NCBI GenBank assembly: GCA_021613535.1
Contig: CP075495.1
Span: 12,524,001-12,588,000, forward strand
Length of the DNA: 64,000 bases
From: Adineta vaga
Taxonomy: Eukaryota > Animalia > Rotifera
Direction of reading: 5' to 3'
Shown in pieces: positions 27,794 through 41,490 of this stretch (position 1 is its first letter; every line of letters starts with the position of its first letter). The position numbers were made by a program, and so were the translations under genes. The notes beneath the pieces were generated by a model that worked only from the letters and a program-made list of their open reading frames with translations, made no database searches and was not told the DNA's origin.

Positions 27794-30700
27794 TCATTTA
27801 TTTCTTTTCAGTGTTCGTTGTTTTTCGGCATGTTCAACAATTTTTTCTTCAACACGTAAACCTTTACGTCGACGAACATCATTCATATATTTTTTTGCAC
27901 GATTTTCAAAATCTGCTTTTTCACCAAAATGAAGGAACTCTTCTTCAGTTTGAGGCTCCCAAAATGGATCAAGTTCAATGATTTCCCAATACGTCTTACC
28001 CGATATTTGTGGCGATGCTAGACCACTCGCTTTCTTACGCATTTCTTCAGCAAATCCAAAACTTTCTGCAACTGGCAATTCTGCTTTTATGATAAATGTA
28101 CTTGTACCTTCTTTCATATCTTCGTTTAATACACGTCCATTACGTTTATTTAAAACTGCATATGCACGACCTAGGAAAGCAAAGAAACAGATGCTATCGA
28201 AAACAATAGTTTTCTTTGTATACTAACCTAATGCTTCAGCATTGACCATAGTTTCACATTTAAACATAGCAGCAACAAGTCGTCTTGGTTGAGAATCGAA
28301 TGCTTTTCGACAACCATCACGAACAGTTGATACTATCTGGCCTGACAATGGTCCTTGTGTAAATACAATCTTTGATTTATCAATAACACGACGAGGTTTT
28401 TGTTGACTTTGTAATGTTGATGATTCATCACTCGTCACACTTAGTGTTTCAATTAGACTCTCTATTTCGTCAACTGGATTAGTTACTGCTGTTGTATTTG
28501 TCGCTGAAAGATCAGTATCATTTGTATCTACTGTTTCTGATGATTCTTCCTGATTACTAACAATTGTATTTATTGTCAATCGTTCAATAATAAATCCCAC
28601 ACCCATCAATGGTTCTTCACATAGAGATCCTTTAGCTGTTGCTAATTGAAAACCATTAACAATACTTAAATCATAATCATCTTTCATTAATGAACTATTT
28701 GTAGTTATTTTTTCTTCATTATTTAATACATTTGCCCAAATGGTTGAACCACGATGTCTATAGATACTATTTGGAATACGATTAAATAATAAATTCGGAC
28801 CAGATTTATGTGGACCAAATGACCAAATTTCATCAACTGTATTTTCATTCCACATCTTATCATTTGCAGCAATAAATTCTTCGTTTAATCGTTCTCGTAA
28901 TTGTCGAATTTCATTAAGTGTTTGATCATTTAATTGAACATTTGTTTTTCTATCATCACGTCCTTGTGCTTGTTCAATGACTGCAAGTAACGAAGTATTT
29001 TCATCTAATAGACAAGTAATACCAGCAGGTAAAGGTACTGCTCGAATTTGAACTATACATTGTTGATTTTGTGTACTTAATTCAATTAATCCATCCTCTA
29101 GATAAGCAAAATTATTCTATCTTGATTTTCTTATGTAGAGATTTAGACAAATACCTAATAGCCACGGTGGTCTTTCTTTCGTTGTTTTATTTGATTTCAT
29201 TTGTTGATGTTGATTTGCGAGTGATTCATTCAAAAAATCGACTTTCGGTGGTGGAATAATAGTTTCACGAAATGGAATAATTGGTGCTGAAACATTGATT
29301 TCAATACGAGCATATCTACAGAAAAAAACATATATGTAGGTATTTCTTATCTTTATTCAAATGATTTACAGACATTTTTGTCAGATCATCGATACATCGT
29401 TGTAAATGTACTTCACCGGCTGTTGAAAGAATATATTCACCAGTATCTTTCAATGTACATTCAACTAATGGATCAGCTTGATTTAATAATTTCATACCAT
29501 GTCGAAGTTGTTTCATTTGAGCTAAACAAATAGTAAAGGAAATTATCATGAGTAAAAAGAAAGCTATGAATATTTACAAGGATTTTTTGTTTCAATTGCT
29601 ACACGAACAATTGGTGAAACTTCAAAATGAAGACCAGTAAATGATGGACAAAAGATATCCGTTGATAATGTTGCTGATTTCAATACAAGAGAATCCAATT
29701 GACCAATAGCTAAATTAAATAATTGATTATTTGATGAAGAAAAAGTTATGATCAAACGTACCAACGATATTTCCAGCAGGTACTTGATCAAGTACGGTAA
29801 ATTCACGACCCATCATTAAATAGAGATCTTGTACAATAAATTCATGTACATGATGAGAAATACTACGTACAGAAAGTTCATTGAGATCCTAAATAATAAA
29901 AGTATCAAATATTGTTCGAATTCAAAACAAAAAAATGATTTGATAATTCTTACTTTTCCCGCAAATAATGATGGATCATGACGTGGACTAAGAACGAAAA
30001 TTTTTTGTCCTCTTTTTAATCGTCCACTGAAGACACGTGCAAATGCAAGAAATACATTTTCATACGTATTTTCATTGGAGTCTGTTTTTGCTATTGCACT
30101 TTCAACACTATTCTCTGTTGTAGATTGAACTGTTTCTCCTATTGGATTTCCATATTCTTCATTTGGTGTTGTTGTTTTATTAAGTTGTTTCTGTTTAAGA
30201 AATTCACGTCGTTGAGCTATATCTTCTGCAGTTAATGGTCTATACGAAAACAAACTTAGCGATTGATAGGTTTTCTATTTATCTAACTTTTGTCGGTTTT
30301 GTGATAGAGCACTATTATGCACAGAGAATAATTTGGAAACACAAACGATCACTGGTGCTTGATCATCACTTGAACAATCGATAAATGCTGTGGAAAGTAA
30401 ATTTCCCAAGCTAATAATCAAACTTGATTTAGAAAAAAATCTTACCCTGTTTCAAACGTTGTGTTTCTGGTAATAATGTATCAAATCGACGACTTTTATT
30501 ACACATTAATTGTTCGATTTTATCTGTATTCAATGCTTTTGGATTTGGAAGTTGAGTAACAACCATATCTATATAATTATAAAAAGTACAATCTATGAAA
30601 TTCTTTCGATTCAATGAAAATTTCACTTACCGAAAACAGCTGAAGCTACAGGTAACCATTGATTGAAAAGTAAATGTAATGGAACACATGGATCACTATG

Positions 30701-32149
30701 TCCAATATCTCGTGGAATTAATTTTGCACCAATAGATGCGACAATTTTTTCAAGCTTTTCATTATCACTAAAAATCGAAATTTATTATTCAACTAGAAAA
30801 AGAATTTAAACAAATACAAACCGTCGTGTAATAATAGTTTCATAAACACTCCAAATATTTTCAAGAATAAATTGAACAAACATTGGTTTTTGACCTTTAC
30901 TCTACAAATGAAAAAATAAAGACAATCAATTTATTCAAAATATGCTTTTTCTTCAATTGATTGATTACCTGTGCTCCTTTAAAAACTCGTTTGCTTTTTC
31001 TATCGAAATAAAAATCACCCCATAGAGTTTTCATTAATACTTCGCGTTTAATTGATAATTTTTTTGCATATAAATCTGCGAAATGATGAATTCTATTGAT
31101 ATAAAAAGAATATATTTCAACTGGAAACATGAACTTCAATCATGATTTACCCAAAACCCCATCCATCTAATGCACTAGCAAATAGAACATTATTATAATG
31201 TGGTGAAAAACACATTTGAGCTTCATTTCGCGCCCAATCATCATCACCATCATCAACAATATCATTATTTGTTTCTTTCTTAATCTAAATAAATCATAGA
31301 TAAGTTTCAATTAAACATTAGATTTTGATATCTACTTCTTCATTTGCTTCTTGATCAACCTACAGCAAGCAACAATAGAGTATTTATTCAGAACAAATTC
31401 TTTCTCTTACACTTTTTTCTAATAGTAACGATGTAAATTGTTCAGCAACAACTGCATTTATATTTTCTAATATCCCTCGTATATGTAAATAAGCTTCGAG
31501 TGGTGTCATTTTCAATCCAATGATTAGACGATCAATTTTATTGAGAACTAAAATAATACGTAAATGTTCTAGCCATGCTTGTCGAAGAGCAGCTAACGTC
31601 TAAATTAAAGTTTTATTGTTTTATTAATCCATCATTGAAATGTAATAGTCATTACTTGAGGACAAACGCCTTCAACAACATCAACAAGAATAATTGCACC
31701 ATCACAAAGACGAACAGCAGTAGAAACTTCGGATGAAAAATCAACGTGTCCAGGAGTATCAATCAGATTAATTAAATACTTCTTATCCTCTAAATAAATT
31801 TGATCAACTATTTTCGTTATAAGAATTATCGATTAAATGAGGTAAACCTTTCTCATGTACGAGTGAAACAGCACTGGATTTCATTGTAATACCTCGCACT
31901 TGTTCAGCTTCTAAACTATCCATTAAACGTAACTACAGAAAATGATTTATGATTTCTCGATAATAATTTCTGTATATTTACTTTGCCGGCTAATCGTGTG
32001 GATATAATTCCATTCGAAGCAAGTAAATCATCAGCTAATGTTGTTTTACCATGATCGACATGCGCCAAGATACATATATTACGAATTAATTCAGTATTTT
32101 CTTGTAATTCAGAAAGAACCTCGGATGGATAAGTTATAGTCGGTGGCAT
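27794..32149 (-). CDS. EFL1: Elongation factor-like GTPase 1 (EFL1/Ria1), multi-exon
   Basis: [78 protein letters not shown] and the C-terminal [14 protein letters not shown]. Confidence 0.96.
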
Positions 32150-32443
32150 TGTTGTCTGAATCTAGTTTGCTTTAGTTCTTTCTTTCTAAATAAATGATCG
32201 AGTTTTCAATTTATATAAATCATGACACAATAACTATGACGGATGTTGTAATTACGTAAGATCGAGAAAAAAGACGAATATAGGCATGATTCTATTTACA
32301 CTCTTTCTTCAGAATGAGAGAAAAAAAAAGAAAATAACGCTGACAGGAAAAAGTAAAGCAACAAAAAGAATGTCGAAGACAAAAAAAAGAGAAAACGGGA
32401 AAATAAGACTAATATAATAAGTGATGTCTGATCTTGTATTGAT

Positions 32444-33298
32444 TCATTTTCGATACCATTTCTGTAAGGTATCATAACGTTTTATTTTTCTTTGTAATTG
32501 TAGAACACCATAGAGTAATGCTTCTGCACTTGGTGGACAACCAGGAACATAAATATCTACGGGAATAATACGATCACATCCGCGTACCTAATATGAGAAG
32601 AAAGAAAACGAATATTTTTAAGAATGCTAGTTTGAAATAGATAAGAATTCAATAACATACGACTGCATACGAATAATGATAATAACCACCACCATTAGCA
32701 CATGAACCCATAGATATAACCCATTTTGGATGAGGCATTTGCTCATAAAGTCGTCGAATAGCTATAGAAATATTAGTTGTGAATAAAAAAATTCTTCTTT
32801 TTATGTTGAAAATCTTTGTTTACCTGGTGCCATTTTATTCGTGAGTGTACCAGCAACAATCATAAGATCAGCTTGACGTGGACTAGCACGAAAGACAACA
32901 CCAAATCGATCCATATCATAACTAAAATTAATTAAGAATAATAACTAAAATCAAATGAATAGATATCGAGAAATTTACCGTGGTGCAGCCATGTGCATCA
33001 TTTCTACGGCACAACAAGCAAGACCAAATGTCAATGGCCAAATAGATCCACGTCGAATTAAATTTTGTACATCATCCAAACGAGCTAATGCAACTTCAAC
33101 TTTACTATCACCATAATGTTTGCCTGGTGCATTCTTATAAGGTGATAAATTTGTTACTAAGTTCTGTTCTTGTGCATTTTGAATCGGTGGATTAGTTGTT
33201 TGTTCAACAACAGATGATGCAGTAGCTGCTCCACGATTCGATATAATAGATGGTAGAGTAAGTCGAGAAAATGGCAAAGAATAACGTAAGAGTGCCAT
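32444..33298 (-). CDS. NDUFS7: NADH dehydrogenase Fe-S protein 7 (PSST), 4 exons
   Basis: Presequence followed by [53 protein letters not shown] and WYRK*. Confidence 0.97.
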
Positions 33299-33694
33299 TG
33301 AAAGAAAAAGATCTAAATAAATAATAAAGATTTATATTATGAAAACAATCTCGAATTTTCTATTTTATGAGTTATTCAAGTTCAAAATAGTAATGATCAA
33401 CAAGATTCATTCGCATTCGGTGTCGGTGGCGATATTTTTTTCTTTTCCATAAAATATCATCTGTAACTTTTTATTGGTAAACATATTTTTCGATAGATGT
33501 CATTCGTATTCGACTCTTTGATTTATTTTTCAGACGACGAAGAAGCATATGGCATATTTCATATCAGAGAATGCCAATAAAAAAAACGAAATTCCTTAAA
33601 TAGTTACACGTTCTTTCGACAAGCAATGCTATAATAATGATAATCTTCGTAGAATCATATTCACATATTTAATTCTTGTGAACGAGTAACAACG

Positions 33695-34101
33695 ATGCAT
33701 CTGGTAGTATCACTGAATTTTATTTTCATTGCATCGATTTCGTTGTGTTACAGTGATTCGAATGTGACTGGTGAGAAATGAATCTTAATTTATCATTCAT
33801 AACAGATTACTTTGATCTATTTGTTTTTTTTTCAGAATTATCACCGATTATTTGTAAAAAATGTTCGCCTTGTTGGAATATTTTCAGTGAAAATTTTGGT
33901 CCTTGTACTAATGAAACATTTCAAATAAGCTTCTTTAATAATGTTCAACCAGTTTGTACTGATACATTAGTTTTACTTATTATCATGTTTCTTAGTATTG
34001 TTATTCTTATTCCTACGTGTCTTTGGCTTTGTTATCTCTCGATTAAACGTTGTCGAAATGCCGATGGAAAATATATTGTCAACGAACGCCTTATTATGTA
34101 A
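33695..34101 (+). CDS. Small Cys-rich type I membrane protein of unknown function, 2 exons
   Basis: Exon 1 (33695-33770) encodes the signal-like MHLVVSLNFIFIASISLCYS. Intron gtgag...ttcag (33771-33835). Exon 2 has CKKCSPC...C...C, a TM helix and a short tail. Confidence 0.65.
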
Positions 34102-34857
34102 TCAACACATTTAACAAATTTAGTATTTCGTCATTTTTTTTCCTATTATTTTATTTACTCATGAAAAAAAAAGAAGAGATTGGAATTATGTCGTTTTAAA
34201 AATACGATTGAATAAAACTAAATCTGAGTGATAATTAAATCGTATATGATAGTTCGAATAGATAACTGATTCAAAGCGAAAAAGTTTTGTATCTATACAA
34301 AGATTTGGCTTCAACTGATAATACAGCATATTAACAAAGTCATGTTATTTGTTTTCTTGAAATAATCTATTCTTTATTAAAATGAACATGACGAATGACT
34401 TAATCTGATATGTTGGAATATGTTATAGATTGAATAAAATCAATATAGAATGTTTATTCTATCAAATTAACCAATGATGTCGGCAGTGAAATATACACAA
34501 TTGATGGATGATAGGTGATGCGAGCGACAAAGATTAATTGTACATATCATAATCGTCATTGATCAATCTATGAATAATTTCGTAATATGATAATTATTAC
34601 CGTCAAATTTTGTACGGAATAAGAACGTACTTGAAGAAATTTTTCACAAATCTATTGTCATTTAATTGGTTAAAGAATCATTTCAGTCAATTGTTATTAC
34701 GTATAGTCACGGTTGAATTCATTTCGTTCGGTATTATTCAGACTATTGTTTCATACATAGAATAATAACCTTTTGTCCCTTTCGTTGAGATATTATTTAA
34801 GAGAAAAATTACAAAAAGAAAACGTAACAAAACAATTATAATGATCATTTCTCTTGC

Positions 34858-35520
34858 ATGTTACGATCAATAGATATGCCACTCCTATCATTCTTTTTCT
34901 TCTTGCTGTTCATACAATATTCCTTATCTATTACTGCTAATCAGTTTAATTCTAATTGTTCTTTATTATTTAATATACAAATAATAAATCAATCAGATAT
35001 AATTCAAACTAGTTTTCCTGTGAAATTGATCGGTAATTATAATTTAACATGTGGTATTCCAAATTCTATTGCTTATTATAAAATTACACCATTGAATACT
35101 CTTGTTATTGAAAATAAACAACACCAACAACAGAATGATGATATAGATTCAATGATTCAACTGCATACAACTCAATTTGAATTTAGTATATCTCAATCTT
35201 CAACAATTCGATTATGTATTTTACCATCGGATAATGATGAGGATCAATATTTGTGTCGACAAATTCATATTGGTATTAATAAATTATATCATTTTTGGAA
35301 TTTACCAATGAGAATTTTTTATATATTTTCAATATGTTCACTTGGCAGCTATCATATTTTATATTTTCTACGAAAGAAATGGATTAAAGGCGGAAAAAAA
35401 TCGAAACCCAAATCCAAACCCATTGTTGCTAGACTGTCACTATCTGATGAAAGTAAACATGATACATTTGAAAATGAAAAAATTAATGAAGACATGTCTG
35501 GCGAAGAAGAAGATGAATAA
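34858..35520 (+). CDS. Uncharacterised single-pass membrane glycoprotein
   Basis: 220-aa ORF with a signal peptide, N-glycosylation sequons (NCS, NQS, NLT), four extracellular Cys, a TM segment and a basic-then-acidic tail. AATAAA at ~35517 and ~35571. Confidence 0.7.
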   Translation: MLRSIDMPLLSFFFFLLFIQYSLSITANQFNSNCSLLFNIQIINQSDIIQTSFPVKLIGNYNLTCGIPNSIAYYKITPLNTLVIENKQHQQQNDDIDSMIQLHTTQFEFSISQSSTIRLCILPSDNDEDQYLCRQIHIGINKLYHFWNLPMRIFYIFSICSLGSYHILYFLRKKWIKGGKKSKPKSKPIVARLSLSDESKHDTFENEKINEDMSGEEEDE

Positions 35521-35662
35521 TAAAACTTTTATTGAATTATATGTATTCTTTTTCTAATGATAAAATCTCAATAAAAAGAAAAAGAAAATGTTTCTCTTAA
35601 TCTAGATCTAAGATATAAGGGTGAGCTAGTTAGTGTACGTAAATAGGTAAACTAATATTCAT

Positions 35663-36887
35663 CTATTCTTCTTCTTCTTCTTGCTCTTCGTTTTGCTCTT
35701 CTGTTGCTGCTGCAGGTTCTTCTTCAGTAGCTGGTTCTTCTGCAGCGGATTCTTCAGGTGCTGGTGGAGCTTCTTGTTCTTCTTCCTCTTCAGCTGGAGG
35801 AGGAGGAGGAGGCTAAAAGAATAAATATCCAATGAAGGCAACACGGTTTTATTAACTTTCATAGCTACGTACTAAATCTTCCGATTTCTCTTCGGACTTT
35901 TGTTTTGGAGCAGCAGCAGCACGTCTAGGTTTACGTGCTGTACTATCCTCAGATGATTCTGCAACTTGTTTTATTTTCGCTTTTGGACGTTCAGATACAA
36001 AATCTGCTTTTTGTTTTTCTGCAGCCCAGACATCACGACGATCTTTGTATGTACGACGATCAGTAACTAAATATATTCGATTCAGATATAAATTTGACGT
36101 ATTCAGAACAAGAAACAGATTACATACCACGTTCGTATCGACTGAAAAGCGATACTTTTGCCTAGAACATAGTAACGAAAAGATATATTTCGTTTAGAAA
36201 AGATTTGAATCAGAAACTAACTGGCGCTTGAGATGTTATATCATTAACACCGGTAAAGCTAGAATTGATCATCAAACATTCTAATGTGTACATTATTTTC
36301 ATGGATGATATGAATACTTACAGACCACCACCAAGACCAGTATGAACAATATTGGATTTACGTGTTTTTGCTTTTCTACAAAGAAGTAGAATAATCCAGC
36401 TAGAGAATGAAAAGAAGAGAAAATAATCAAACCCTTTTTCAATCTGACGAGCACGTTCACTTAATTCTACCATCTAAATAAATAGATTTTCGTTTAATTA
36501 ATCAACATGAAAGATATTTTAATAACTAACATCATATTTTTGTCGTTCAAATCGTTCAGTTAATTCATAAATACCACCATGTAATTGTTGAAGAAGCTCA
36601 TGAAATTCTTTAGCCTTTTGAAGAAGAAAATACGAAAGAAAGAATTCGAACAAAAATCAATAGACTCCAAATAAACCTTTTCAATAAGATAGTCTTTTGT
36701 TTTGCCATCTAATTGCAATGATGGTATTCGTTGAGAAAGTATAGATTGTTTTTCTTGTTCTAATTGTTCAGATGATTTTTGTAAATCTTCCTTGGCTCTA
36801 AGAACATTACTAAAAGCTGAACCAGTAGCCACTAAATATGAACAAATTATTACAAGGAAACTACGTTCGTCAATTAATAGACTTACT
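35663..36887 (-). CDS. Troponin T (invertebrate type), apparently only the C-terminal TnT2 half plus an acidic tail, multi-exon
   Basis: Spliced product EKAKEFHELL...YELTERFERQKYDMVELSERARQ...KVSLFSRYERVTDRRTYKDRRDVW, plus a P/A/E-rich tail ending EEEEE*. The 5' end is uncertain. Confidence 0.85.
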
Positions 36888-37510
36888 CTTGTTAGAGATC
36901 GACTGTTATAATAAGAAAATAATGAATGATATTTGTGACGAAAAGAGCAAGATTGTTGATACTCCTTCTTTTTTTGATAGATAGAAAGCAGAGCGAGAGA
37001 AAAAAAGAGGAAGGGATGGAATCAATCAGATTTATCGTTGTATCTTGTGCAGTGAATAACCTATACATAGTGTATGTAATAAAAATACGAACATATGTGT
37101 TATTTTGTCGTAGCTTTTTTCTTTGATTTGCACATCAGCAACATATATTTATTCGGATAAAAAAAGTACTGTTCTATATCGAGCAGTAAGATATATGTTC
37201 TTCAGACAATGGTAATATAAAAGAATGATTATACAGTGTACATAATAAACTGAGAAAAAAGACAGAAAACAAGTTAACATGTGTACTATCACACGAATGC
37301 ATCTTATGCAAAATGTTTTCTCTTCGATAAAAAGAAGTTATTTTGGGTCATGGGAAGTGAAGAAACCTGGCTCACTTCATATAGAAAAAATAAGCCAATC
37401 AGATTGAAATCTACACTTTACTGCTAATACTATGGTTTCAACAATTTGCTCGTACATGCTAAACTAACTCTAATCATGGATTCCTTGTATGGAATAGACG
37501 ATATCTGATG

Positions 37511-37553
37511 GAAAGTTCTGGAAGGTTCTGGGAAATTCCAGAGCGTTCTAGAA
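37511..37553. promoter_or_regulatory. Heat-shock-element-like nGAAn/nTTCn array (may be repeat-derived)
   Basis: GAAagTTCtgGAAggTTC at 37511-37528 is four perfect alternating units, followed by TTCtaGAA at 37546-37553. Confidence 0.35.
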
Positions 37554-39253
37554 CGCTGCGATCGATCTTTTATGGCTCTGAAAAGTTGTAGAATATTGTA
37601 GCACTATTTAATCCTTGATTCTAACCTTTGCTAGGGCCAGACAAGTGTGTTTTATTATAGTGATAAGAGCCAATGCACGAATAATCGGTATAATATGAAC
37701 TAATGGACTCCACTTAGGCTTACATCAACTTAGGTTCACTTCATATGACCGCATTCACCCATTGCGGATAATTACTTGAATTACGTAGTTTTATTTTAGA
37801 TAGGAGTAAAGGTCAAACAGCATCTTATCTTCAATCTCCAAGAGCTGTTCGTTGTATGTGTGAAAACATTTACTAATTAAATTGTTAAATAATCAAACGC
37901 AAAGAACAACCATCATAAAGTAAGCTATATTTATAAAAATTTATTTAAATGGATTGATTTTAAACTATTTCTTTTGTTTTTCAAGTGTTACCTTTAATTT
38001 TATTCCTTCATTTCGTCGTTATTTACCGACACAATCGTCAAATCTAACAACAAACAATGATATACTCTGAATTAAAATCATATAAACGCTTCACAGTAAT
38101 GCCAATACTGAGTCTAAGTCAATACATATATATACATGCATACATACAATTAAATGTATTCGACAAGAAACAGTCTTGGGTGATTTTAATGTACCTGAAA
38201 CACTACTACAAAGGAAGCTGCTGAATATGAATAAAGTTTTTTTTTATCAAAACCAAAATTTCGTTATTTAACATTATACTTCTGGTTTTATCTTCTTTGT
38301 ATCTTGTTTTGCAGCAATTCGAAAGAGAAGAAAATGAATGAACAACAGTATTATTTATTGATCTCAAGTAGCTTTTCGACAATGATCATACTTATTCAGT
38401 ACATAATAAATGTTAGCAGTGAAATAGGGAACAATTTTTCAAATTCCGTATAGAAAACTGTTTGCCAAAGCACGAAATATGAATAATCTTATTTAAAAAG
38501 TTTTGTTTTGGACAGAGAAGTTTATTTAATGACTATATAATAACTATACTGAATTGCTTTCTAAATACTATATTTTCACTAGAAGTAATTACAAGCGCGA
38601 CATCTACTGACAGATTAACTCTCATTCAGAGTTGTTATTACGGCCGATCAAGGTATAGACATATTTTAAGGTCTTTACAGGTGAATGTATCTTATCCTAG
38701 TCTTCTGCAAAAATTAATAATCAGTGTAAATAAGCAGCATAACGCAAATAATAAGATTGACACTCTTCAAATATATTGTTTGAATTTTTTTTATGATATC
38801 GAACTTTTAAATACTAACAAAAACAGCAACTTCATGAACAGAGTGATCTCCGATGTCTTTTACTAAATTCTAGATAAATTTTTTATCTTGCTATTATACA
38901 TTTGACATCAATTTAGCAAAGTAATCATATATTTGTTTCAAATTCAATGTCGATGTTTTCAAATACCTTCATCTAATAGATAATATCAGCAAAACAAGAT
39001 TAATCTAACTGTATGAATATTTAATTTCTTTACGAAATCTGTTAACATAATGAAGATTGTTTATTTGTTGATTATAATAAAAACAAACTTTATCTGGTAC
39101 TTTAAAAAGAAAATATTTATGAATAAGTAATAAACTCGTCTGTATATTGAAGCTTTTATTGTTTCACAAAATGAAATATATCAATAATATAATACATTTT
39201 TTTGTCATAGTAATACGCTATTAAACATGATTTACATTAAAGAAAAGGCAAAA

Positions 39254-41003
39254 CTAGAGCCACAAAGTAACAGTTTTCAATACGTTACATGAATAAACAA
39301 AATGACGCAATTGAGTGTTTCTTTCAAGCCAATCAGGTGTAATAAAATCGGTAAAATCACGGTACATGATCGTAATTGGACAATAGATCACTATTTTTTA
39401 TGTTGTTGTTGGTATTTTATTTAAAAGTTTCGAGATATTCAAATCTATATCATGAAAAAAACTGAGATATTCTATTTGAGTAAAAGAGTGATACAAAGCA
39501 TCGATTTCATTTGAGGTTAATCTTTTTTCTACAGTTGTAGCAGTTGGCAAAATGAGAGATATTTCTAATCGACGAATATTCGACCAATATGAATAAAATA
39601 GCGATTTAAGAAGAACAAGAGGAAGATGAAGAGAATATAAATGAGACATAGTGGATAGCTATGAATTGAGCAAAACTATCGGTGTTAAAGATCGGATTAC
39701 TGCCTCCAGTAATAATTAATCTAGTAATTCGTGACATATCAATATATGGAATGACAGTATCCAATAACACACGAAAACTTATCTTAGAATCACGAGTATA
39801 TAATTCGTCAGAGTTTTTCAGTCGACATAAAAGTTCATGATCTATTGGATATTCTATATTAATATCCAAACGTTTAACATTATTAAGTGGTTGTATTGTT
39901 GGCCCAGTTGATTTTGTTTCGACAGGTCCTTTAATAGCATAAAATGGGTAAGTATCCAAAATGTATGGTAATGAGTAAAGTAATGAAAATTCACTAACAG
40001 TACATCGATCATATCCAGTATACCATTGTTTCTTTTCTAACCAGAAAGGAGATTGAAATGAATCAGGTAAAATTGGTTCCTTGATCCAAGTACTTGCGTG
40101 AAAATTAAAGGAAAATTTAAATGAAATTATTTTAGTCAATATTTGTTCCCATGCAGCACCATTAGCCATATCATGGTATGCATGATCGGCAGTAATTGTC
40201 GAATCAGTTAATTTTTTCATTGGATATAATAATTGCTCGATAGTGGAGAAATAAAGATTACAAATATCAAGTGATAATCGTTTTAAATTTTCAGATGAAT
40301 CCATACGAAATATATGAGTAGGTTGATTTCGATTGAGTGTTGTGTGAAGTGTACGTAAAAAGGGTGTCACAGAATATAATTGTTTCAGATCGATAGATAT
40401 ACCAATTAAAGTCATATGTTCAATTGAAGATACTTGTTTTTCATCAAAAGCAAAACAGGTATTAACAACCCCATAAGGAGCGCTTCTTACATAAACATTT
40501 TTGAGTGACGTTGACATAAATAATATATCTTTCAGCAGATATGACGTAAATTCATCCATATTGTGGTCAACAGAATTATAAACTAAGTCGATGGAAAGTG
40601 AGACGAGTGATGTGAGAGATTTGACATAATTTTGTATTAATTTCCACATAATATGATCAACATGAGATAAATAAAGCGATTTTAAATTAAAAAAGATTTC
40701 ATTAATAGCTTCAAATCGTAGAAAAAATTGTTCTATTGTGAATGGTATTGTCACATCATTACAGTCCGATAATGATAATGAAACGATTTGAGATGATAAT
40801 GAAATTAATTGATTACAGAAAAGATCAAATTATCTTTTTCTTTTTATATATTTGAAATTAAGTCGAAAGTTAGGATAACTAGAAGATATTAAATGAAGTC
40901 GTTTATTTACAAGCCTTATAGAACGAAGTATGTCAAAAATTGTAATATAATTAAAAATTTTGTGAATTAATTCCACTGGAAGATTGCTTAAATAATCTGA
41001 CAT
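39254..41003 (-). pseudogene. F-box/LRR-like gene (bdelloid-expanded type), disrupted
   Basis: ATG at 41003 gives the F-box-like MSDYLSNLPVELIHKIFNYI. In-frame TAA at 40830-40832, a frameshift near 39655 and a second in-frame TAA at 39398-39400. The frame continues to ...VTLWL* at 39254. Confidence 0.85.
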
Positions 41004-41490
41004 GTTTTTGTTAGTTAATAATAATAATTATATTAAATATAACTTTTTTTTAAATATTTGTATTATGGATGATAGGTAATAAACAGTATTTGTTGTGTTG
41101 CTTGTCTAGCTAACCAGATGAGACAAGACTAAAATAAAAAGATTAAATGTATATGAGAAATATAAAAGTTGTTTAATTAAGGTAGTTAATGCGAACAAAT
41201 GACATATCTCTAAATTGCATCATATTTCAATTGAAAGAAAATATTGAATTACACAAGACTGATATATTCTTCTGAACTTTCTAACAACAATGAAAATATT
41301 TTAAAAAAGAATTTTTTCTCAAAATAAAGGATACATAATACTTATATATAAACAAAACAAAAAGATGTACAGAAAGATGTTAAAAAGCGAATTCGAATTG
41401 AAAAACAAATTTTATACTATTTTCTTATATTTATGATATGAAAAATCTTTCGGAAACGGAAATATTTTACAAAATGATAACCAGTCTAAA

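Noticed and set aside
39398-40832. Stop-codon readthrough or an alternative genetic code in the F-box gene
   Set aside because: TAA terminates other genes in the window, and a frameshift co-occurs, so pseudogenisation is simpler.
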